DNA of 63,543 nt, filler included, from Cercozoa sp. M6MM (Eukaryota > Protista > Endomyxa: Ascetosporea), in the NCBI GenBank assembly GCA_040357565.1. It is 12 parts of 12 records of this genome, joined end to end, with 100 filler letters (N's around TTAATTAATTAA, not from the genome) between each part and the next. Parts side by side here need not be neighbours in the genome. Positions count along the whole stretch, not along the records: positions 1 to 6,402 come from JBDODJ010000743.1; positions 6,503 to 23,640 come from JBDODJ010000271.1; 10 more parts are not named here. One strand, given 5' to 3'. A model generated the notes under the pieces. It was not told where the DNA came from and made no database searches. It saw only the letters and a program-made list of their open reading frames with translations. Positions 1 to 10,422 of this stretch are shown piece by piece. Positions within the stretch are counted from its first letter, which is position 1. Every line of letters begins with the position of its first letter. Position numbers and translations under genes: made by a program.

Positions 1-2051
1 GGCAGGGGGTAAAGGGGGGGGGGGTAAGGTAGGGGTAGGGGGTAATACCGCTTGATAACTTGCTCGACGTACTCGGGCAGGATCGGCAGGAAGAATACCT
101 AAGGAAGGGGGGTAAAGGGGGTAAATGCGGTGAGGGGAGGGGGGTAAACCTGATCCGCCTTGGCAGGCGACTTGTCATCAACGTTGGTTTGCACGCTGGC
201 AATATTCGGATTCATCAATACGACCTGAACGCCCTCCTCCTTCAGTGCTTTGATGGCCTGCGAGCCCGAGTAGTCGAACTCGCCTGGACAAGGGGGGTCA
301 AGGTTAAGGGGGGGTCAGGGTTAAGGGGGGTCAGGGTTAAGGGGGGCGGGGTCAAACAGCTCTACCAGCCTGCCCGATCGAAAGTCCGCCACTGCCGAGA
401 ATCAGCACTTTCTTCACCTACACATGGGGGAGGTTAAGGGGGCTAAGGGGAGGGACAAACGCGGCTCTACATCAACACGCGGCGGTGCAGCCTTGCCCTG
501 CGCAAACTGAATCGGCGACTCGCGCGACAACTCCTCCGACCTACAAGAGAAGAGTAGGAGGAAGGGGGGTTAAAGAACACACAACGCACGACAAGGCCGA
601 TGCAGCGAGCTCTTTGTGCCGACGCACATTGTCGACAAACACGTCAAACAAGTGCTCCGTGTCTGTCGGTCCACCTATCCCGGACCAACCGTACCTACGG
701 GTCCAGCATTGGTCCAGTTGGACATATGTTTGTACCTGAAGCTTCCGGATGAAACTGCGCCGTGAAAATCGGTTTTCGCTCGTGCACAATGCCTTCGTTG
801 CTGTCAAAAAACACATCATCAGGGGGAGGGGGTAAGAAGGTAAAGAAGGAAATAAACACGCTACCTGCCGTCATTGGCGTTGACAAACAGCGTGTCCCAC
901 TCAGCCGGCAAACTCTCCGAGTCCACGGCGAAACTGATCGAGCCAGTCATCCCACAAAAACAGCTCAAAACACTCCAGAAACCTACCCGTGGTTCTGCGG
1001 CGTGATGAAAACAGCGCCCGTACGCGTGTTCTGCACCGGCTGGTTCTGGCCGCTGTTTCAAAAACAAACCCTCCCTTACTTTCCATCCTGCAAGATACCA
1101 AAAAGCTAACAAACGACGCACCGGTTGCCGAACGGCAATTTAGACGTGGTCGCACCTGTGTTAGCACACCATGTAACAGTTTCAGGTGCGTAAAATCACT
1201 AAGAAGCTGCAGTAAACAGAAAAAACCTGCAGCGAGCGCCGTGAGTTGATTGCCGAGACAGATGCCGAACAGCGGCTTCAACGGCTCGTCGGACTGCAGA
1301 GGTTCGCGCGCGACGATCTTGCGCAGGTTTTCGATCGTCGGAGCACACATTGCCGGGTTGCCTGCTCGAGCGGAAGCGCAGAAAATAACCAAAAAGTCAG
1401 AAATGCAGCAAGAAAAAGGACATACCAGGACCGTTGGAAAGGAAGAGACCGTCATACTCGCGCGGGTCAACGCCTGCAATATCGAAATCCCAGGGCACGA
1501 GGGTGACTTCGCATCCGCGCGAAACGAGTTGTCGCACGATCGAGAATTTGATGCCACAGTCCACGGCCAACACACGAGTTGCATTGCCTGATTAGAGGAG
1601 AGTAAATAGGAATAAACGGGAGCCGTGAAGCAAGGAGGAACCTTGGCCAAAGATCTTGACTTTCTTGGTGGAAACATCAGCGACAAGATTGCGGAGATTC
1701 GGGTCACTGAACTTGCGCGCGGACGCGTCACTAAGACAAGCGAAAAGTACATTGATAGTATAACTGGACATTACAATTTATACCTAGCATTGACGGCATC
1801 GTCGACCTCAATACGAGCGAGCATGGCACCTGAATAAAACAGAGGAAGAGGACAGTAAGAGTATCGAGAAAAGAAGGTAATGATAGAGTACCCTTGGAAC
1901 GAATTTTCTTGGTGAGCATACGCGTATCCAGATCGCACAGACCCGGCACGCCCTCCTCTTGCAGCCACTGTGTGTATGTGTGAACGTATGTGTATGTGTG
2001 TGTGCACGTGTGTGTGTGTGTGCACGTGTGTGTGTGTGTGCACGTGTGTGT

Positions 2052-2098
<47 letters not shown>

Positions 2099-2895
2099 TG
2101 TGTGGGGGGGTAAGGTAGGATAGGGTAGGAAAGGGTAAGGGCTATACCGAGTGCAGCGACTGGTGCGCGTGCCAGTTGGCGTAGTGATGCGAGTAGTCCT
2201 GCACACACCAAATTTACCCCCCCCCCCCCCCCCGGCTCCCCATATAGGCCGCTACCTGACACAGCAGAGCGGCTGCGTGAATTTGATCGCTTTCAAAGCC
2301 TGTCCAGCAGATGGGTAAAGGCAGGATTACGCAGCAAAGGGAGCAGGGCTACCCTTGGGCAGTCCGTACTCGTCGCACTTGTTCGGGTCAGGCACGCCGT
2401 AGTTGCCTTGCATCGGGAAGGTCGTGCACAGCAACTGGCCCCTGTGTCAACTCTAGTTAAAGTGACTCAGTTGTGGAGGTTTCATGTACCGGAAACTCGG
2501 GTCAGTCAGTGCTTCCGTGTAGCCAACCTATATACGTACAAGTGGACCCAGGTGCGTTTGTACCGAATAAACCAAGGGGGCATATGTACCATGCCGGTGG
2601 TGAAAACCATCTCGCCCGACACATTCTTGGGCGCGCCAAAGTTGCGACAGGGCAGCGTTGTGCCATCCTACCGGGGGGGGGGGGGGTAAAGGGTAACGGG
2701 CTAAAGGAGGAATAAAAACCTCGAGGATGAGTTCGGCCTTGCGCGACGGCGCCGGCGTTTGGAGCTCCGAGAACGTGCTCTAGAAAAGTCTCAAAATAAA
2801 ACAAGAAAGCAACAACAGCAACAACAAGGAGGCACCAGAGGGCGCAGCGTCTGCTTTTGCAGCTGCTTGCTAGTGGTACGTGCGACACTTTGCAT
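1..2895 (-). CDS. CPS1: Carbamoyl-phosphate synthetase with fused glutaminase and synthetase domains, mitochondrial CPS1/CPS III type; 5' part only, multi-exon, runs off window start
   Basis: Spliced exons read [20 protein letters not shown]|[20 protein letters not shown]|[26 protein letters not shown]|[13 protein letters not shown]..., [69 protein letters not shown] and [12 protein letters not shown]. The N-terminus is basic/hydroxylated and presequence-like. Confidence 0.93.
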
Positions 2896-3438
2896 CTACA
2901 CATGGTGGGTCAAGGTAAATTAAGTAGGCTGGTGGACGTTGGGGCCTAGTACCTTGTCTTGTTGTTCTTTGTCTTGCGAACTTAATCGATGGTGCGCCAC
3001 AAAGCGTCGGAAATGTAATCTACGAAGAACAACGGCATTGGAGGAAACTGCGCTTTTCAAGAAACGCTCTGAGCGGACACGAGAAAAAACAACAAGCAGA
3101 CCGTCTGAGGTGCGGCCTTGCCACGTGTGCATGCACTCCTGCACTCTGGTGTTCGTGATGGTAGGTTTGCGTGTGCTAATACTGTAGCAGTAGCAGCGCG
3201 AGCAATGAGGAGCGAGGGCTGCCGCGTGCGACCGATCAAAACATGCTCAATTCGCTGTATAGACTCTCTCGAGTAATTTCAATGACATTAAATTGTCCGC
3301 GAACATTAGTATCTCTCAGAAAACGCCCAGGTGCCGCGCTAGGTCGCCGATCGGGCACCCAGCGTTTTCACGCGGAGCGCCGGAAAAACCAAAAATTCAA
3401 AAATCGAACAACTTTGTTGTTTGAATCAAGCTTGAGTC

Positions 3439-4584
3439 ATGAAGGTACACGAGCCCACGAACTTTCGTGAGAGCACGTTGCTCTCCCGTTTCGCCGAGAA
3501 CGAAATCGCCGTTTTCGCCGTTTGAGCGTGTGAGATGCGCCCAGCCGCGCGCGCACACGCACATGCCGCACTCAAGCTAGGTGTGCTCTGCCGTGCTTGC
3601 TAGTACCTGCTGTCGCGCAAGGGAACGCGGGGTGTGTCGTGAGTCGGTCCAGCGCACTCGTGTGGTGTGTCCAGATGATGCTGGCGTGCTGTGGCCGTCT
3701 TAGCGCGCTGCTGGCGGGCCCTGTCGCGAGTTTTGTGTCTGGGCCGTGATTTTGGCGTTTTTGTGCTGCGTGTTTCCTGGGTTTTGTGCTGCGTGTTTTG
3801 CGTGCGCTCATTGTGCTGTGTGTGAGCAGCTGAACATCGCGTACCCGGCCACGGGTCAGCAGAAGAGCTTCGTCATCGATGACGAGAACAAGCTGCGCCC
3901 GTTCTTTGGCAAGAACATTGCGCACGAGGTCGAGGGCTCGTGCCTCGGCGAGGAGTTCGAGGGCTACGTCTTCCGCATCGGTGGCGGTAACGACAAGCAG
4001 GGTTTCCCGATGAAGCAGGGTGCGTTTTCCTCCTTTGACTTGCGAATTCATCCTGCAGTGTTAGATGATGTATCTATGCCACGACAGGTGTGCTCACGGA
4101 CCGTCGTGTGCGCCTCTTGATGAAGCCGGGTGCCTCGTGCTACCGCGCGCGCCGTAAGGGTGCCCGCAAGCGCAAGTCGGTGCGCGGCTGCATCGTCGGC
4201 CCGGATCTGTCGGTGATGCACCTCATCATCATGAAGAAGGGCAAGAAGGACCTGCCGGGCCTCACGGACGAGGTGCAGCCCAACCGTCTCGGCCCCAAGC
4301 GCGCCAACAAGATCCGCAAGCTGTTCAACCTCGAGAAGGAGGACGATGTGCGTCAGTACGTTGTGCGTCGCTCGTTCGAGAAGAACGGCAAGACTGTGTC
4401 CAAGGCGCCCAAGATCCAGCGTCTGATCACGCCGCAGCGTCTCCAGCGCAAGCGTCGCGAGGCCGCCGTCAAGCGTGCCCGTGTCGCCAAGTCGCGCGCC
4501 CAGGCCGAGGAGTACGCCGTGCTCATGAAGGAGCACGCTGCTGCCGTCCGTCGCACCACGCGCCGCACCACCAAGAAGAACTAA
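3439..4584 (+). CDS. RPS6: 40S ribosomal protein S6 (eS6); exons 3439-3444, 3830-4019, 4088-4584
   Basis: MK|[14 protein letters not shown]...[13 protein letters not shown]|[10 protein letters not shown]...[11 protein letters not shown]...[16 protein letters not shown]...[11 protein letters not shown]; conserved intron after MK; ends at TAA. Confidence 0.98.
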
Positions 4585-4724
4585 TTGCTAGTACTTCGCC
4601 CACACGCGCGCCGTCTCTAGTACGCGGTTCTGTGATTCCAAGCAACATTTCTAGACCCCAACTTCTGAGTCAGTTTATCTACTGTGACGGTGGGTAGCAC
4701 GATCCCGATCCTGTTGTCCGCCGG

Positions 4725-5207
4725 TCAACTTGAAGGCTGCGTGACTGACACATGAACGATCCGACATCTGCCTGGGCCAGTGCTGGCAACGAAAGACGTC
4801 ATGCCGCTCGACTGAGAGGACATTAGCAGATTTGGCAAGACAGAGTATGCCATGCCGCAGTGAACGCTGTGCCTCGACAACAAACCGAGGTATTCGTGGC
4901 TCCTACTAAATTGTACCCCATGCCAGTTCAAGGACAGAACATACCACAAGACGCGAGGAAGTGTGTACTATAAAAAGACATTTGAGCACAGTGTAGTTTA
5001 CATTAGAAGCGACAGTGCCTCTGCTCGTAAAAGTAGAAACTGGAATGGTACAAGAGCTATGACGAAGGCAACGATAAGGAAGTATCCACTACCGACATCA
5101 ACAGAGCACTTTTCATTGATGTGTGTGCGCATGCGCGCATGCGAATTTACATAGCTCCAGCAGTTGCGACTACATCCACACGGTCGGTATAGACGCCCTT
5201 TACGATT

Positions 5208-5264
<57 letters not shown>

Positions 5265-6160
5265 ATTACACACACACGCCCGCGCGGAATCTACGCCTCC
5301 GCCTGGGTACGACATGCAAACATACCAATAATGATAGTGCTGCCGAGCGACAGCCATGCGAAGACTTCGATCTGCGTTCCATTGAGTTCGCGCACATTAC
5401 AGAAAGATTTAAAAGTGAGGAGTTACATAAGAAGCTTCGCGGAACTCAGGAGGCGCGCTGCGAAGTGCTATCGCGAGTTTTATGATCCAAAGTACCATGA
5501 TGAGAATAGGCAACTTGGCTATCAAACTGATTCCTGAGTTGGAACGGTAGCACGCATCGTAAACGAACTTGTTGCTCACGAGTTCAGTAACTTTCTTTTG
5601 CTCCGCCAGTTCAGACGCTCCGATGGTGATGGCCTGCACTGGAAGAACCCGAGTGATGCCATGTTTATATCGTTCGAATCGAAACCTCGAGGATGACTCC
5701 AACGGCGATGGTCTTCATCAAGTGCAGATTTGAGTATTTGTAAGTTTAGTTGTCTTGCTGCTCAAAAATATATATTCAAGTGCTGATTTGAGTGTTTGTA
5801 GTTATCTTGCTCCCACAAACCTTCCAGCTCATCAGGAATATCCGCTCGAGCCTAACGTTCTTCACTGTTGAACCAAACCGACTGACTTCGAACCGAATCC
5901 TCCATCGAGAGCAGCGTTCAATGCCTACCTGTCAATGTAGTCACCAGGGCCATTAGCCCGAGGTTGGAAAGCCACTCCGATGCCGTGCAAACCCAATTCT
6001 GGCGTTTGCTGCGCCAAGTACAAACATAAATTACCCTGTAGGAGCAGACCAGAACTTAAAATACAGGAATACAAAATAACGAGTAACAATGTACCGCGTC
6101 AAAAGATAGCATTCGATCGAGAGTACGGCACTAGCAACGACAAAGCAAGTGTGGTGTTCG
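4725..6160 (-). CDS. Class C (GABA-B/7tm_3-like) GPCR transmembrane domain, about TM2-TM7; 5' end missing or degenerate
   Basis: Splicing gives WVCTASEWLSNLGLMALVTTLT-VKNVRLERIF (TM3/ICL2), YDACYRSNS (ECL2 Cys), KLAIALRSAPPEFREASY|IEVFAWL (ICL3, like RxVPxxFNEAK) and IAL|YTLPRVLW (TM7, like xFxPK). One junction at 5715-5820 is ambiguous. Confidence 0.65.
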
Positions 6161-6195
6161 CATTTGTGCGCATGAGTTTGTACTTTGTACGTGTG

Positions 6196-6339
<144 letters not shown>

Positions 6340-6402
6340 AGTGAGATGATGGTGATGTGTCTGACTGTGTGACTCTGACTGACGGTTCCTGTGCAGGTGG
6401 CG

Positions 6403-6502
6403 NNNNNNNNNNNNNNNNNNNNNNNNNNNNNNNNNNNNNNNNNNNNTTAATTAATTAANNNNNNNNNNNNNNNNNNNNNNNNNNNNNNNNNNNNNNNNNN
6501 NN
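6403..6502. other. Artificial scaffold-joining spacer (44N + TTAATTAATTAA + 44N, stops in all six frames)
   Basis: An identical 100-bp block occurs 11 times and genes are cut at it. Confidence 0.99.
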
Positions 6503-6551
<49 letters not shown>

Positions 6552-6558
6552 TGTGTGT

Positions 6559-6604
<46 letters not shown>

Positions 6605-6623
6605 TCTTTGTCGAACATAAAGT

Positions 6624-6846
6624 GCCTTGTGGGGACGCGCGCAGAGATCCGAGGGAGTCCGACACGTGCGGCAGCGCGGCAGTCGCCGACCGTCGTCGAA
6701 CTAACTTAATAAATTGGGATGGTTGCGCCCGTCCGAGGTGGGTCGCAAGAGGAGTTTAATTCTTCTACTCCCAGCCCGCTAACTGTACCAGTCTTGAAGA
6801 AGATGTCCTGGGTGAACTTCGAAAGAGGAGTTGGACGGCCCTGCAT
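6624..6846 (-). CDS. Possible first two exons of an unknown gene truncated by the scaffold end
   Basis: MQGRPTPLSKFTQDIFFKT|VRRRSATAALPHVSDSLGSLRASPQ with a GTACAG...TTAG intron; no recognisable motif. Confidence 0.3.
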
Positions 6847-7367
6847 AGACTGACTCACGGCGTAGCAGACATTCTAAGTCAGTCAAGCGAATCTGTTGGT
6901 TCATTTCTAGTCAAAGCTATGACCGCTCAACAAAAACTCGCTGTGATGTGGCATTTGTTGTTGTGGTACCCGCAGGTTGGTTGTGACGACTGCAGAATGC
7001 AGGCGTGGGGCCCTCTCGTTTTTGGATTTGCACGTGTCTTTTGGGATCAAGTTTTCAAGTTTTCAAGCGTGCTGCTCTATAAAATTGGGCATTTGTTTGT
7101 GAATTTAAAAACAGTTTTGAGTCAATCTTCGGGGTCAACGTCGATTTTAGTCCAAGTGAGTGTTGATCGGGAATTGGTATTTGTGCGGCGAGAATACGAT
7201 TTTCCTGTATTTTTTTTGCCTTTCGAAGGAAAAGCGTCGTCATGGCAAAGAGACTGACTGAAAGTTTGCAAGAGAATCGTTTACAAGCCTCTAAATAGCA
7301 AGCAGCGCGTGTCACGCGCCTAGAGCACTTTTTGTGTCTGCTCGGCAGATTTGGTCCTTGCCTGGCG

Positions 7368-10110
7368 ATGTATGCCTCTTGGCCCCCTGGCTCTGGCTGT
7401 CTTGTGCTTGTCTTAGTGCTCCTTCTTCGGCCCTCACATGCAGTGAGCTGTGCGACAGGTTCTTTCGTGAACAATAACGGCGACTGTCTAGACTGCAACG
7501 CGGGCTACTAGTACCCCTTTTTAAAACTCTTTTTGCTTCTTCGCCCCCCGGTTGTGCAATTGTCGCGTCCTGGTAGCTGCGAAGGCAACGAGACGGCTCC
7601 ACAACCGTGTGCTGCAGGAACTGCCAGCAGTGTAGTTTCTTGACTTTCTCCTCTGCGGGTTTTTGTTTTTCTTGCTTGCGAATGGGCTTAAGCAGGCGAC
7701 AGGCGCATCGGACGTTAGTACTTGCGTCGACTGTGCGGCAGGTCGCTACAGCGCCTCGGGCAGCGTCTCGTGTGACGCCTGTCCTGCCGGACGTTTTGCC
7801 TCTTCCACTGTAGCTTTTCTCTGAGGAGTAAACATTTATCCCCCCTGCGAATGCCTGCGTTATTTGTGTTATTTTGGAAGGGCGCAAGTGCGTGTGATAG
7901 CTGCCCTGGCGGTTCCTACTGTCCAAGTGGGAGCAGCTCGCCGATCGCCTGTTCTTCTGGCACCTACTCAGAGGGCACTGCTTCGAGTGAGTTTGTTTTG
8001 TTTCTACAATTGCAACGCCACTAAGGTTTAACACGCCTGCTTGCAGCTTGCTCCTCGTGCACACCAGGACTGAAAGTGAATTCAACCCAAACTGGCTGTG
8101 AGAGTGTACCTTTGCACAATCCAGTTTCAGCGAAGCAAAGATGTATTTTTGCATCGATTTGTGTATCGATTAGTGCGACCCTGGCTATGAGTGCGGTAGC
8201 AGCTTGGGTCAAGCTGTCGCCTGCACAGCTGGCAGGTTCTCTGCTGGTGGCACCGGTACGTTCGCTACTTCTTACCGAAATTGCTCTGTTGATACAGTAT
8301 TGTTTGTGCTTTGTGCAGTGACAAGTTGTTCGCCTTGCGCCGCCGGAACGAGTAGCAGTGCAGCGGCGTCGTCATGGTACAAAAACAGGTTTTGTGATGT
8401 CTGTGGGATGTTTGTGCATGTGTATGTATGTGTTGTGCATATGTAGCACATCGTGCGCGGCAGGTCGCTACTCGGGTGAGGGTGAGACGTGCAGTGCGTG
8501 TCCTGCAGGGCGCTACAGCGCCGCCGGGGCTTCGACTTGCACAGTGTGTTCAGATGGCGAGTACTCAGTCTCCGGTACTGTTGTGTTTTAGCAATGTGCT
8601 TTTGTCTTTTGCACTTGAGTTTTCTGTTACAGGCAGCAGCAGCTGTGCTGTGTGCGGAAGCGGGACAATGCCATCGTCAAGTAACTCGACTTGTCTCAAC
8701 TGTGCTGGTACATTGTTCTGCCTCGCAGTGCTCGCTGTGTTTGAAATAGTGCGAATCTGTCATGCAGCTGGCAGTTACTGCACGAACGGCATTCCTGCAG
8801 AGTGTAAGTTGGCTTTTTCTATATGCTATCATTGAGGTTTCAAAACGAAAATCAACATTGTCTGGATGAGTTCTATAGGTCCAGGCGGAACTGCAAACGA
8901 CGGCACTGCCGCTGTGAGCACCTGCGCCGACTGTAGCGCCGGCAGGTATTCCAGTGGTACTGGCAACACGGCATGCAGTGCGTGCGGTGCTGGCACAGAT
9001 TCAAGCGACGCAGCGACCTCCTGCACGGTACACATACGATTCTCGTTGGGCTCCACGTAGAACATGCACATTGCTTGCTGCAGGCCTGTGCTGCTGGCTA
9101 CATTGCAGCGAATGCCGGTGACGTATGCACGGTTTCAATTCCTTTCGTTCCCGCTCGTTGTTGCTTGCTTATGTGAGTTTTGCTTGCGAGGAACGAAAAC
9201 GGTTTTGTAGGCATGTGCGGCAGGAAGGACCAACAACACGGCGCACACGGTTTGCAGTTTGTGCGACGCCGGCTACAACTGTGCGGATCCTGCCAACCCT
9301 GCGGTGCGGTTGCTCAAGCCCTCAGTGTCTCTTATCCACCCAACACACACCCAACAAACAATGTATGCACTTGGACATAGGCATGCGCGGCAGGATTGCA
9401 GAGCAACGCGGCGCGTACTCAGTGCGACAACTGTCAGGCAGGATACCACTGCTCCGACCCGACGACTCCGACTGTACCGGAGTTCGCTCCCAGTGATTTG
9501 ATTGCGAACACAAAAGGAAGGTCATTGAATTGACAGGCTTGCTCACCCGGCACGTACAATGACGGTACTGTCCCGGCAACATCGTGCACCAACTGCGCAG
9601 CCGGCACCTTTGCTGCTGCCTCGGTACCCTCAAGTCTGCAAATGAAGGTGTATCAAGAAAAGAAAAGGGTTTTACAGGGAGCCAGTGCATGCAGTGACTG
9701 CTCGGCAGGCACGGACTCGTCGGCAGGCGCGACGTCGTGCACACCATGTGCCGATGGCTACATTGCCGCCTCTGATGGTAAATCCTCTCGTTCAGGGCTA
9801 GAGATATCATGCTTGTTTAATACGAGGCAGGAGACACGTGTGTCGTTTGTGGTGCTGGTACCACGAGCAACGCTGCACACACGGCTTGCGTTGGTGCTTA
9901 CTCTTTGTGTCATGTCAGTCAGGCATGCATTATCGTTTTTAATGTGCGAACAGACTGCCCGGCTGGTCTGTCTTGCGCGAATCCAGCGAGTCCCGAGGCG
10001 TGCCCGGCCGGCAGCTACAATGACGGCACGTTAGGCGCGGTCACTTTTTGCACCGAGTGTCCTGCGGGGTAAACTGAGAACTTCCAGGGGGTGGAATTCC
10101 AGGAGAGTAG

Positions 10111-10160
<50 letters not shown>

Positions 10161-10363
10161 NNNNNNNNNNNNNNNNNNNNNNNNNNNNNNNNNNNNNNNN
10201 NNNNNNNNNNNNNNNNNNNNNNNNNNNNNNNNNNNNNNNNNNNNNNNNNNNNNNNNNNNNTGTGTGTGTAGACCTGGTGGAGAATCAGTACGGCAACTAC
10301 CTCATTCAGCACGTGCTGGACGTCGCGCCCGACCAGATTGTAGCCACTCTTCTGCTGTGCTGA

Positions 10364-10422
<59 letters not shown>

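Noticed and set aside
1771-2262. Long ORFs with HTHTHT, CVCVCV, ERERER or LSLSLS tracts throughout the ORF track
   Set aside because: They are translations of intronic dinucleotide microsatellites, not His- or Cys-rich proteins.
6403-6502. Repeated TTAATTAATTAA palindrome as a biological element, and any gene cluster spanning it
   Set aside because: It is always centred in exactly 44N+44N, so it is an artificial concatenation linker; flanking scaffolds are unrelated.
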